64,000 nucleotides of DNA, taken from an uncultured beta proteobacterium. GTDB lineage: Bacteria > Pseudomonadota > Gammaproteobacteria > Burkholderiales > Casimicrobiaceae. The notes below the pieces were generated by a model. That model was not told the origin of the DNA. It made no database searches and worked only from the letters and a program-made list of their open reading frames with translations. This document shows positions 9,189 through 18,677 of this stretch, one piece after another. Each line of letters starts with the position of its first letter. Position 1 is the first letter of the stretch. The stretch is taken from assembly GCA_963750215.1 (NCBI GenBank), contig CAVVQK010000004.1, forward strand, positions 368,865 to 432,864, written 5' to 3'. The translations under genes and the position numbers were made by a program.

Positions 9189-10646
9189 ATGCATCTCAAA
9201 CGCTGGAACCCTGGGCTGCTGACGGTCTTGCTGGCCGCATTCCTGTTCGGCGCGGTCATGGTGCACGACAGTGAGCCTCCCGAGCATGGGGTCGTGAATC
9301 TGGTATTCCGCGGCGCGCGCCCCGCGCTCGATCCATTCCTCGTCGAACTCGAGAAACGTACCTTTCGCTTCTTCTGGGATACCGCGAACCCGAAGAACGG
9401 CCTGATTCCAGATCGCTACCCCACCCCCTCGTTCTCGAGCATTGCCGCGGTCGGCTTCGGGCTGACTGCCTATCCAATCGGCGTCGAGCGCGGCTACGTG
9501 ACTCGCGAGGCGGCGCGGCAGCGTGTCCTGACGACGCTGCGCTTCTTCCACGACGCGCCTCAGGGCCCGTCAGCCCGCGGCGTTTCCGGCTACCACGGGT
9601 TCTTCTACCACTATCTCGACATGGAGACCGGGGAACGCTTCGAAGACAGCGAGCTTTCCACCGTCGATACCGCGATCCTGCTAGCCGGCGTGCTCTTCTG
9701 CGAGTCGTACTTCGACGGACCGGAACGCGAGGAGGCCGAAATCCGCAGCCTCGCGGAGCAAATCTATACCCGCGTCGATTGGCGCTGGGCCCAGCCCCAT
9801 GCTCCAGCCATCAGTCACGGCTGGACACCCGAAGAGGGCTTCCTCGAATTCGATTGGCGCGGCTACAACGAGGCAATGCTGGTCTACCTGCTGGCGCTTG
9901 GCTCTCCGACCTTCCCCGTTGACCCGGCGGCGTGGACGGAATGGACCAGCACCTACGACAAGAGCTGGGGCAAGGTCTTCGGCCAAGAGTATTTGACCTT
10001 CGCGCCCCTGTTCGGGCACCAGTACACGCACGTGTGGATGGATTTCCGCAAGATCCAGGATGACTACATGCGGCGGCGTGGTCTCGACTACTTCGAGAAC
10101 AGCCGCCGAGCGATCTACGCGCAGCAAGCCTACGCGATCGCCAATCCTCTGCACTGCAAGGATTACGGGGCAACGATCTGGGGTATCACGGCCAGCGACG
10201 GCCCCGCCAACGTCGTGGTTACCGACGCGAACGACAAACGCGTGTTCCGGGCTTACGCCGCCCGAGGTACCGATGCGCATGACGACTGCACGCTCGCCCC
10301 GACGGCAACCGTCGCGTCAATACCGTTCGCCCCGGAACTGGCGATTCCGGCGGTCCTCGAGATGTATCGCCGCTTCGGTCAATACATCTATTCCGCATAC
10401 GGCTTCCTCGACGCGTTCAATCCGAGCTTTCACTTCGACGACGTGCCGCTAAGCCACGGCCATGATGTTGCGGGCTTCGGCTGGGTCGATGGTGACTACC
10501 TGGGTATCGACCAGGGCCCGATCTGTGCGATGATCGAGAACGAGCGCACGGCGCTCATCTGGCGCGTCATGAGCAGGAATCCGCACCTGAGGCGCGGGCT
10601 GCAGCGAGCCGGTTTTTCCGGTGGCTGGCTGAGCGCCACTCACTGA
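9189..10646 (+). CDS. Glucoamylase-family / GH144-like protein (candidate endo-beta-1,2-glucanase)
   Basis: ATG at 9189 gives an N-terminal anchor or signal (MHLKRWNPGLLTVLLAAFLFGAVMV). The stretch RTFRFFWDTANPKNGLIPDRYP...SIAAVGFGLTAYPIGVERGYVTREAA...GFFYHYLDMETGERF..SELSTVDTAILLAGVLF matches my memory of the Pfam putative glucoamylase (PF10091)/DUF3131 architecture, which defines GH144. This family call has not been verified by search. Confidence 0.75.
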   Translation: MHLKRWNPGLLTVLLAAFLFGAVMVHDSEPPEHGVVNLVFRGARPALDPFLVELEKRTFRFFWDTANPKNGLIPDRYPTPSFSSIAAVGFGLTAYPIGVERGYVTREAARQRVLTTLRFFHDAPQGPSARGVSGYHGFFYHYLDMETGERFEDSELSTVDTAILLAGVLFCESYFDGPEREEAEIRSLAEQIYTRVDWRWAQPHAPAISHGWTPEEGFLEFDWRGYNEAMLVYLLALGSPTFPVDPAAWTEWTSTYDKSWGKVFGQEYLTFAPLFGHQYTHVWMDFRKIQDDYMRRRGLDYFENSRRAIYAQQAYAIANPLHCKDYGATIWGITASDGPANVVVTDANDKRVFRAYAARGTDAHDDCTLAPTATVASIPFAPELAIPAVLEMYRRFGQYIYSAYGFLDAFNPSFHFDDVPLSHGHDVAGFGWVDGDYLGIDQGPICAMIENERTALIWRVMSRNPHLRRGLQRAGFSGGWLSATH

Positions 10647-10851
10647 CTCGCGCCCGCGGGCGTCCACTGCAAGGTGCCCTGCGCGAAATCCGCGGCGCGG
10701 CCGAGGCCGGAACGGTTCGCGCCGCGGCCAAGCCCCGCCCGTCCGGGTTCCTCGCGGCGCGCAGCAGCCGTTGCCCAAGCTGCGACTAGAATGAATCCCT
10801 TGCTGCGCAGCGGCGCCGCCATCTGAAGCCATCGCGGGAAACCCAAATCTT

Positions 10852-12138
10852 ATGCTGTACTTGCTTAGGATATTCCTGGCGACCCCGGTTGCGCTCGCTG
10901 TCACTCTCATCGTGGCCGGCTGCAGCTCGCGCCCCGCGGACCAGACCGTGGTCCGTTTCTGGGCCATGGGCCGCGAAGGCGAGGTTGTCGCCGAACTCAT
11001 CCCCGAGTTCGAGCGAACGCATGCCGGCATTCGCATCAAAGTCCAGCAGTTGCCATGGAGCGCCGCACACGAGAAACTGCTCACCGCCTTTGCAGGAGAT
11101 TCGACCCCTGACGCTGGCCAGCTGGGCAACACGTGGATAGCGGAATTCGTGGCCCTGCACGCGCTCGCGCCGCTGGACGCAGTCATCGCCGATTCGAAGG
11201 AGATCGACCGCCATGATTACTTTCCGGGGATCTGGGATACCAATATCGTCGACGGCAAGCTCTATGGCGTACCGTGGTATGTCGATACGCGAATCCTTTT
11301 CTATCGCCGCGACTTGCTGGCGCGGGCCGGCTTCTCGGCGCCGCCGCAGTCGTGGGCCGAGTTGCAGCAGATGCTTGCCGCAATCAAGCAGAGTGCGGGG
11401 CCCGATCGCTATGCGATCCTCCTGCCGCTCAACGAGTTCGAGCCCCTGCTCGCGCTCGCACTGCAGCAGGACGAACCGTTGCTCCGCGACGGAGGCCGCT
11501 GGGGCAATTTCGAAAACCCCGGCTTCCGCAACGCGCTGCGCTTCTACGTCCAGATGTTCCGGCACGGCTGGGCGCCGCCGCTCACCAACGCCGATGTATC
11601 CAACGTGTGGACCGAATTCGCTCGCGGCTATTTCTCCTTCTATATCACCGGACCGTGGAATATCGGTGAGTTCAAGCGCCGCCTGCCGCCGGAACTGCAG
11701 GACAGCTGGATGACCGCACCTCTTCCCGGCCCCAATGGACCCGGCGCATCGATCGCGGGTGGCTCGAGCCTTGTGATCTTCGACCGATCGCGCGTCAAGG
11801 ACGCTGCACGGCAATGGATCGAATATCTCTCGCAGCCAGACATCCAGCGGCGCTTTCACGAGCTGACCGGTGACCTGCCGCCGCGACGCACGTCCTGGAG
11901 CGAGGGGCGTCTCGCGCAGGACCCGTACGCCAGCGCCTTTCGTGACCAGCTGGAGCGAGTCAAACCCGTACCCAAGGTGCCCGAGTGGGAGCGCATCGCC
12001 AACGAGCTGCGCCTCGTTGCGGAACGGACGGTGCACGGTGAGCTATCGATCGATCAGGCGGCCGCCGAGCTCGATGCGCGCACGGACCGGATCCTCGAGA
12101 AGCGTCGCTGGCTTCTCGCTCGCCGGGGCGAGTTGTGA
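10852..12138 (+). CDS. Carbohydrate ABC transporter substrate-binding lipoprotein (solute-binding family 1)
   Basis: A lipoprotein signal with lipobox is present (LIVAGC|SS). Typical sugar-SBP blocks follow (VVRFWAMG...IKVQQLPWSAAHEKL...YGVPWYVDTRILFYRRDLL). Confidence 0.9.
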   Translation: MLYLLRIFLATPVALAVTLIVAGCSSRPADQTVVRFWAMGREGEVVAELIPEFERTHAGIRIKVQQLPWSAAHEKLLTAFAGDSTPDAGQLGNTWIAEFVALHALAPLDAVIADSKEIDRHDYFPGIWDTNIVDGKLYGVPWYVDTRILFYRRDLLARAGFSAPPQSWAELQQMLAAIKQSAGPDRYAILLPLNEFEPLLALALQQDEPLLRDGGRWGNFENPGFRNALRFYVQMFRHGWAPPLTNADVSNVWTEFARGYFSFYITGPWNIGEFKRRLPPELQDSWMTAPLPGPNGPGASIAGGSSLVIFDRSRVKDAARQWIEYLSQPDIQRRFHELTGDLPPRRTSWSEGRLAQDPYASAFRDQLERVKPVPKVPEWERIANELRLVAERTVHGELSIDQAAAELDARTDRILEKRRWLLARRGEL

Positions 12139-13013
12139 GGTCCCGGCACGTGGCCTGGTTGTTCGTCGGGCCGGCGCTGTTTGTGATCGGCATCTTCTTC
12201 TTTCTGCCGGTGCTCGCCGCGCTGGCGCTGAGCCTTACCGACTTCGACATCTACGCGCTGGCGGACTGGCACAATTTGCGCGCGGTAGGCCTGCGTAACT
12301 ATGTGGAACTGCTTGGCTCGCCGATCTTCTGGCGAGCGTTCGGCAACACGCTCTACTTCGTCCTGGCGGGAGTCCCGCTGTCTGTCGCGGCCTCGCTCGG
12401 CGCGGCGCTTCTGCTTCATTCCAGGGTGGCGCGGTTCAAAGCGATCTTCCGCACCGCTTTGTTCGCGCCGGTCGTCACGACGATCGTCGCAGCGGCAGTC
12501 GTCTGGCGCTACCTGTTCAACACGCGCTACGGCTGGCTCAATTACGCGCTCGGAACCATCGGCATTCCGGCGATCGATTGGCTCGGGGATCCGCACTGGG
12601 CGATGCCGGCGATCATCGTCTTTGCCGTGTGGAAGAACTTTGGCTACAACATGATCATCCTGCTTGCCGGGTTGCAAGCCATTCCGACGGATCTCTACGA
12701 AGCGGCGCGTATCGACGGGGCGTCAGTTTGGCGCCAGTTCCGTCACGTCACGTTGCCGATGCTCTCCCCGATGCTGCTCATGGTGGGCATCCTGACGGTT
12801 GCCGGCTATTTCCAGCTGTTTGCCGAGCCATACGTGATGACGCAAGGCGGACCGCTCGAGAGCACGGTCAGCGTCCTCTACCTCATGTACGAGGAAGGAT
12901 TCAAGTGGTGGAACCTCGGCTCGGCCTCCGCCGTGGCCTTCGTGCTCTTTCTCGTCATCTTCGTCGTCACCGCCGTGCAACTGCGCTGGATGCGAGCGAG
13001 CGCCGCCGCATGA
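12135..13013 (+). CDS. Carbohydrate ABC transporter permease (MalF/UgpA-like)
   Basis: The GTG start overlaps the upstream stop (GTGA at 12135-12138). The protein has 6 TM segments and the EAA loop (LYEAARIDGASVWRQFRHVTLP). Confidence 0.9.
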   Translation: MRSRHVAWLFVGPALFVIGIFFFLPVLAALALSLTDFDIYALADWHNLRAVGLRNYVELLGSPIFWRAFGNTLYFVLAGVPLSVAASLGAALLLHSRVARFKAIFRTALFAPVVTTIVAAAVVWRYLFNTRYGWLNYALGTIGIPAIDWLGDPHWAMPAIIVFAVWKNFGYNMIILLAGLQAIPTDLYEAARIDGASVWRQFRHVTLPMLSPMLLMVGILTVAGYFQLFAEPYVMTQGGPLESTVSVLYLMYEEGFKWWNLGSASAVAFVLFLVIFVVTAVQLRWMRASAAA

Positions 13014-13831
13014 GAACCCGCGTCGACGCACTGCTGGTCAATAGCCTCTTGCTCGGGTCGGCGGTGCTCACGGTGTTTCCATTGTTATGGATGCTCTCGG
13101 TATCGCTGATGGCGCCTGGCGAGGCCAGTGCGAGTCCGCCACCCCTGCTGCCGGCGCACGCAAGCCTCGGCAACTATCGCGAACTCTTCGCGACCGGCGG
13201 ACTCGGGCGCTATCTTGCCAACAGCGTGCTCCTCGCCACTCTGGCGACGCTTGCCTCGCTGCTGTTCAACGTCGCCGCCGGATACGCGTTCGCCAAGCTT
13301 CGCTTTCCGGGGCGCGACCGGATCTTCCGCTTCCTGCTCGGCGCGCTGGTGATCCCCGGCCAGGTGGCGATGGTGCCGCTGTTTCTGCTCCTCAAGCAGT
13401 TCGGGCTCGTCAACAGCTACGGCGGGGTGCTCGTCCCGGCGCTGGCGAGCATCTTCGGCATCTTCCTCGTGCGCCAGTACGCGCTATCGATCCCCGATGA
13501 ATTGCTCGAGGCGGCGCGCATCGACGGTGCCAGCGAGTTCCGGATCTTCGGCTCGATCGTGTTGCCCGCGCTCAGGCCCATTATCGCGACCTTGGCCGTG
13601 TTCACGCTGCTGGGGACCTGGAACGACTTCATGTGGCCGCTGATCGTACTCGCCGACCAGGATCTCTACACCCTGCCCGTCGCGCTCGCGGCGTTGTCAC
13701 GAGAACATGTGCAGGATGATGAGCTGATGATGGCGGGATCGGTGGTCACGATCCTGCCGGTGTTACTCGTCTTCCTTTCGTTGCAGCGCTATTACCTGCA
13801 GGGGCTCCTGGCCGGCAGCGTGAAGGGATGA
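13010..13831 (+). CDS. Carbohydrate ABC transporter permease (MalG/UgpE-like)
   Basis: ATG at 13010 overlaps the upstream stop (ATGA). The EAA loop is present (LLEAARIDGASEFRIFGSIVLP). The listed 417-aa ORF start lies inside the previous permease. Confidence 0.9.
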   Translation: MRTRVDALLVNSLLLGSAVLTVFPLLWMLSVSLMAPGEASASPPPLLPAHASLGNYRELFATGGLGRYLANSVLLATLATLASLLFNVAAGYAFAKLRFPGRDRIFRFLLGALVIPGQVAMVPLFLLLKQFGLVNSYGGVLVPALASIFGIFLVRQYALSIPDELLEAARIDGASEFRIFGSIVLPALRPIIATLAVFTLLGTWNDFMWPLIVLADQDLYTLPVALAALSREHVQDDELMMAGSVVTILPVLLVFLSLQRYYLQGLLAGSVKG

Positions 13832-16800
13832 GCCGCTCGGACACGCTTGCGGCGCGGCCACGGCGAGTGACCGCTGCCACCGTGATCGCATTCGCCGTTT
13901 GCATGGCGGCCTGGAGCGCTTCGCGCGGCGCGCTCCCGGCCGCCGCCCGAGAGATTCTCGATGATTTCGCTTCAACCGCTCCGTGGCAGGCTGCTGCTTC
14001 CGACGGTGCAAAGGCGTCGCTGCATCCTGCCACCGGCCCGACGGGGGCCGCGCTGCGCCTGGACTTCGATCTGGGCGGCATGGCCGGCTACGCGGCCGCG
14101 CGGCGCACCCTGGCGCTCGAGTTGCCGCCGAATTATGAACTCTCGTTCTACCTGCGCGCCAACGCGCCGGTGAACGACCTGCAAGTCAAGCTCATCGACG
14201 CAAGCGGCGACAATGTCTGGTGGTTCCGGCGGCCCGACTTCGAGTTCCCGCGCCAGTGGCAGCTCATAAGAATCAAGAAGCGCCAGGTCGAATTCGCCTG
14301 GGGCCCGGCTGCGGACCGCACGCTGCGCCACGTTGCCGCCATCGAATTCGTGGTAAGCGCCGGCCGCGGCGGCGGCAGCGGGTCGGTGTTGATCAGCGAG
14401 CTTGCCCTGCGCGAGTTGCCCCGGGATTCAGGCGTCGTGCCTGCGCCATCAGCGCAGGCATCTTCGTTCCTGCCCGGCGCCGAGCCGGCGCTGGCGCTCG
14501 ACGGCGATCCGGCCACCGCATGGGAGAGCGACCCGGCGACCGGAAAGACGCAGAATTTGACCATCGACCTCGGGCAAGCGCGTGAATTCGGCGGGCTCGT
14601 CCTGCGCTGGCGGCCGGGCGCGTTCGCTTCGCGTTACGACGTGCTCCTATCGGACGATGGCGAGCACTGGCACACGGTTCGCAGCGTCACTGCCGGCCGC
14701 GGATCGGACGCGTTGCGGCTTGCCGATGCCGAAGCGCGCTTTGTTCGCCTGGCGTTGCTCGACGGGCCGGGCGACGGCTATGGCCTGTCCGAGGTGGAGA
14801 TCAGAGACCTTGCCTTCGGCGCGACGCCGAACGCGTTCATCGCAGCCCTGGCGCGCGAGGCGCCCCGTGGAACCTATCCTCGCGGCTTCTCGGGCGAGCA
14901 ATCATACTGGACCCTCGTCGGCATCGATGGCGGAAGCGAAACGGGCTTGCTCTCCGAGGACGGCGCGCTCGAGGTTGGCCGCGGCGGATTCTCCATCGAG
15001 CCTTTCGTCATATCCGGCACGCGCGTTGTAACCTGGGCCGACGTTGACTCGCAGCCATTCCTCGCCGCAGGCTACCTTCCGCTGCCTGGCGTCCGATGGC
15101 TGGATCCGCGCTGGGAATTGCGGGTCACGGCGTTTGCCGCCGGGGTGCGCGCGCGCTCACGGCTCATCGCGCGCTACGAACTGATCAACCGTACCGCCGA
15201 GCGGTTGACGCTGACGCTCGCGCTGACCGCACGACCGTTCCAGGTCAACCCGCCGCGCCAATTTCTTGGCGTCGCGGGTGGCGTCAGCGCGATTGACGAC
15301 CTTGCCTGGGATGGCGCGGCGCTTGCGGTCAACGGGGTACGCAGGGTGTTCCCGCTGCAGGCGCCCGACCGTTTTGGAGCCTTCCCGTCCGACGCCGGGC
15401 CGCTGCCCGCGGTGCTTGCCGGCAATTGGGGTGACGCGCGTGCCGTGCACGATGAGACTGGGCTGGCGTCTGCAGCGCTGGCCTACCACCTCAATCTGGC
15501 GCCGCACGCGCGCGCGCGTATCGACATTGCCGTGCCCCTCTCCGGACCGGCGACGGCGCCGGCGCTGGGCGGGATGTCGGTTTCGCGCTGGCTGGAGCGC
15601 GAAAAACGCACTGTTGTCGCGACTTGGCGGCAGAAACTCGATCGGGTGCGCTTTCGCGTACCAAATGAAGGGCAGCCGCTGGTCGACACGATGCGCACGG
15701 CGCTGGCGCATGTCCTGATCAGCCGCGACGGCCCGATCCTGCGGCCTGGAACGCGGGCCTATGCGCGTTCCTGGATCCGTGATGGGACGATGATCTCCGA
15801 ATCGCTGCTGCGGCTGGGCCATGGCGCGATTGCGGCCGACTACCTGCGCTGGTACGCCGCGTATCAGTTTGCCAACGGCAAGATTCCCTGCTGCGTCGAC
15901 GCACGGGGCGCGGACCCGGTGCAGGAGAACGACAGTCCGGGGGAGTTCATTCTTCTCGCCGGCGAGGTTTATCGCTACCGCCACGACCGGGCCCTGCTCG
16001 AGACGATGTGGCCGCATGTCGAAGGCGCCGCGCGCTACCTCGAGACACTGCGGCAATCCGGCCGTACCGCGGCCAACCTCGAGCCGGCCAATCGCGCCTT
16101 CTACGGCATACTCCCGGCGTCGATCAGCCACGAGGGCTATGCGGCAAAACCGGTGCACTCCTACTGGGACGACTTCTGGGCTGCCAAGGGTTACGATTCA
16201 GCGTACGCGATGGCGCTCGCGCTCGGCCGCGACGAGTCGGCGAGCCGTATCCTCGCGCAGGGAGACGAATTCCGGCGCGATCTCGCAGCGTCGCTCGCGG
16301 CGGCGACATCGGCGCACCGCATCGACTATCTTCCAGGATCGGCGGAGTTGGGCGATTTCGACCCGACGTCGACGAGCATCGCCTTTGCACCGCGGGGCGA
16401 CCCGCAGGACCTGCCCGAGGCGATGGTTCGCGCGACCTACGAGCGCTATTGGCGCGAGTTCGAGCAACGGCGCGACGGCCGCAGTGACTGGGATGACTAC
16501 ACACCCTACGAGCTGCGCAACGTCGCGACATTCGTTCGCCTTGGCTGGCGCGACCGGGCGGCCGATCTGCTGACGTTCCTTCTCACAGGTCGGCGACCCG
16601 CCGCCTGGAACCAGTGGGCCGAAGTGGTTGGCCGGGACCCGAGGCAGCCACGTTTCGTTGGCGACATGCCGCATGCCTGGGTCGCCGCGGATTTCATCAA
16701 TTCATTTCTCGATTTGTTTGCCTACGAGCGCGGCGCGGACCGTGCGCTCGTGCTCGGCGCGGGCATCCCGCCCGCGTGGCTTCACGGTCGCGGAATTTCG

Positions 16801-17034
16801 GTCGAGGGCCTGCGCACTTCCTATGGGCGGCTATCCTACGCGCTCAGAGTGAACGGCTCGCGCACCGTTCTTCAGGTGTCCGCCGGGACGCGTATTCCGC
16901 CGGGCGGACTGGTCTTCGTCTGGCCGGCAACCCAGCCGGCACGGCAGGCATGGCTCAACGGGCGGCGCGTCAGCGCACAGGATGGCGAGCTGCGTATCGG
17001 CGAGCTCCCGGCAAGAGTTGTCATCGAGCAATAG
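13828..17034 (+). CDS. Secreted 1068-aa multidomain protein with an N-terminal sugar-binding-like beta-sandwich, an F5/8 type C (discoidin) domain and a C-terminal (alpha/alpha)6-barrel-like region; candidate uncharacterised glycoside hydrolase
   Basis: ATG at 13828 overlaps the upstream stop (ATGA). A signal-like N-terminus is present (RRVTAATVIAFAVCMAAWSASRG). Discoidin signature: LALDGDPATAWESDPATGKTQNLTIDLGQAREFGGLVLRW...RFVRLAL...GLSEVEIRD. C-terminal blocks resemble GH15/GH63-type barrels (YARSWIRDGTMISESLLRLGH...GKIPCCVD...ENDSPGEFILLAGEVYRY). The exact family is unknown to me. Confidence 0.85.
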   Translation: MSRSDTLAARPRRVTAATVIAFAVCMAAWSASRGALPAAAREILDDFASTAPWQAAASDGAKASLHPATGPTGAALRLDFDLGGMAGYAAARRTLALELPPNYELSFYLRANAPVNDLQVKLIDASGDNVWWFRRPDFEFPRQWQLIRIKKRQVEFAWGPAADRTLRHVAAIEFVVSAGRGGGSGSVLISELALRELPRDSGVVPAPSAQASSFLPGAEPALALDGDPATAWESDPATGKTQNLTIDLGQAREFGGLVLRWRPGAFASRYDVLLSDDGEHWHTVRSVTAGRGSDALRLADAEARFVRLALLDGPGDGYGLSEVEIRDLAFGATPNAFIAALAREAPRGTYPRGFSGEQSYWTLVGIDGGSETGLLSEDGALEVGRGGFSIEPFVISGTRVVTWADVDSQPFLAAGYLPLPGVRWLDPRWELRVTAFAAGVRARSRLIARYELINRTAERLTLTLALTARPFQVNPPRQFLGVAGGVSAIDDLAWDGAALAVNGVRRVFPLQAPDRFGAFPSDAGPLPAVLAGNWGDARAVHDETGLASAALAYHLNLAPHARARIDIAVPLSGPATAPALGGMSVSRWLEREKRTVVATWRQKLDRVRFRVPNEGQPLVDTMRTALAHVLISRDGPILRPGTRAYARSWIRDGTMISESLLRLGHGAIAADYLRWYAAYQFANGKIPCCVDARGADPVQENDSPGEFILLAGEVYRYRHDRALLETMWPHVEGAARYLETLRQSGRTAANLEPANRAFYGILPASISHEGYAAKPVHSYWDDFWAAKGYDSAYAMALALGRDESASRILAQGDEFRRDLAASLAAATSAHRIDYLPGSAELGDFDPTSTSIAFAPRGDPQDLPEAMVRATYERYWREFEQRRDGRSDWDDYTPYELRNVATFVRLGWRDRAADLLTFLLTGRRPAAWNQWAEVVGRDPRQPRFVGDMPHAWVAADFINSFLDLFAYERGADRALVLGAGIPPAWLHGRGISVEGLRTSYGRLSYALRVNGSRTVLQVSAGTRIPPGGLVFVWPATQPARQAWLNGRRVSAQDGELRIGELPARVVIEQ

Positions 17035-18420
17035 GTGGGCCACATGACCGACGAAGCAAACATGCCAACCATTGATTTCCCCAAGGGATTTGTCTGGGGT
17101 GCCGCGACGTCGGCGTACCAGATCGAAGGCTCGCCCCTGGCCGACGGCGCCGGCCCGAGCATCTGGCAGCGCTTCGTGCACACGCCGGGCCTTGTCCACA
17201 ACGGCGATACGGGCGATGTGGCCTGCGATCACTACCGACGCTACCGCGACGACGTGGCGCTGCTAAGCGAGCTCGGGATGGGCGCGTATCGCTTCAGCAC
17301 GTCCTGGAGCCGGGTCCTGCCCAAAGGGCGCGGTGCGGTGAATCTCCGCGGGCTCGATTTCTACGACCGCCTGGTCGATGCCCTGCTCGACAAGGGCATC
17401 GAGCCGATGTTGACATTGTTCCATTGGGACCTCCCGGCTGCGCTCGATGATCTGGGCGGCTGGCTCAACCCGGACAGCGCGAACTGGTTCGCCGACTATG
17501 CGACGCTCATGTTCCGCAAGCTCGACGATCGGGTGAAGCTGTGGGTGACGCTCAACGAGCCCTGGGTCGTCACCGACGGTGGCTACCTGCATGGGGCCAT
17601 CGCGCCGGGTCATCGCAACCGGTTCGAGGCGCCCATCGCGACCCACAACCTGCTGCGCGCGCACGGAGCCGCGGTGCAGGCGTATCGAGCGCATGGTCGA
17701 CACCGCGTCGGGCTGGTCGTGAACCTGGAACCGAAATACCCGGCGTCGGACGCTGCGGAAGATGTCGCCGCAACCGCGCGCGCCGATGCCTACATGAATC
17801 GACAGTACCTCGACCCCTTGTTCCTCAAGCGCTATCCCGGCGAGTTGCGGGAAATCTTCGGCGAAGCCTGGCCGGAGTGGCCCGCCGAGGATTTCGCGCT
17901 CATCGCCCAGCCGATTGATTTTCTCGGTGTCAACTACTACACCAGGAGCGTCACGCGCTTCGACCCAGATTCCTGGCCGCTGCGGGCAGCGGCGGTCCGG
18001 CAGCCGCGCGCAACCTACACCGAAACGGGCTGGGAAGTCTTCGCGCAGGGGTTGACCGACACGCTCGTCAGCGTCAACGAACGTTACGGCAAGCTCCCCC
18101 TGTACGTCACCGAGAATGGCGCCGCGTTCTTCGATCCGCCGACCGCGGAGACCGACCGCGTACACGACCCGCTGCGCGTCGATTATCTGCGCAAGCACAT
18201 TCGAGCCATCCACGCCGCGCTCCAGAGAGGGGTTGATGTTCGCGGCTATTTTGTCTGGTCGTTGCTCGATAATCTCGAGTGGTCGCTGGGCTATTCCAAG
18301 CGCTTCGGGATCGTGCACGTCGACTTCGCGACCCAGAAGCGCACGGCCAAGGACAGCGCAGCCCTCTACTCGCGAATCATCGCCAGCAACGGGCAGATTC
18401 TCGGCGACGCCGCTTCCTAG
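17035..18420 (+). CDS. GH1 beta-glucosidase
   Basis: Classic GH1 motifs are present: FSTSWSRVLP, TLFHWDLPAAL, acid/base TLNEPW and nucleophile YVTENGAAF. GTG at 17035 directly abuts the upstream TAG; ATG at 17044 is an alternative start. No signal peptide is present, so the protein is cytoplasmic. Confidence 0.92.
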   Translation: MGHMTDEANMPTIDFPKGFVWGAATSAYQIEGSPLADGAGPSIWQRFVHTPGLVHNGDTGDVACDHYRRYRDDVALLSELGMGAYRFSTSWSRVLPKGRGAVNLRGLDFYDRLVDALLDKGIEPMLTLFHWDLPAALDDLGGWLNPDSANWFADYATLMFRKLDDRVKLWVTLNEPWVVTDGGYLHGAIAPGHRNRFEAPIATHNLLRAHGAAVQAYRAHGRHRVGLVVNLEPKYPASDAAEDVAATARADAYMNRQYLDPLFLKRYPGELREIFGEAWPEWPAEDFALIAQPIDFLGVNYYTRSVTRFDPDSWPLRAAAVRQPRATYTETGWEVFAQGLTDTLVSVNERYGKLPLYVTENGAAFFDPPTAETDRVHDPLRVDYLRKHIRAIHAALQRGVDVRGYFVWSLLDNLEWSLGYSKRFGIVHVDFATQKRTAKDSAALYSRIIASNGQILGDAAS

Positions 18421-18677
18421 CCTCCTCGCGGCCAACACGCACATCCGGTCGTTTCGCTCCCGCCGCGCCTCCGGGCCGTGCCGGGAGCCATTGATCTGCC
18501 GGCCGGAACTCGCCGCATCTGGGCGCGACGATCGCGCGGGCCGGGTCGATTGCTGCGGGTGCAGCACGGCCTTCCCCGCAAACCTTCCTGTTCGTCCTAC
18601 AGCAAGATTAGCCGTTCGCTGATTGTCTTGGTTGTCGTACCGCGGATACTTGCCGGGGACCCCTGTGGGAGGAGGAG

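Noticed and set aside
10771-10792. TTGCCC ... TAGAAT upstream of the sugar-binding-protein gene, considered as a sigma-70 promoter.
   Set aside because: The spacing between the two hexamers is only 10 bp, and no better -35 lies at the proper distance. That is not enough to call a promoter.
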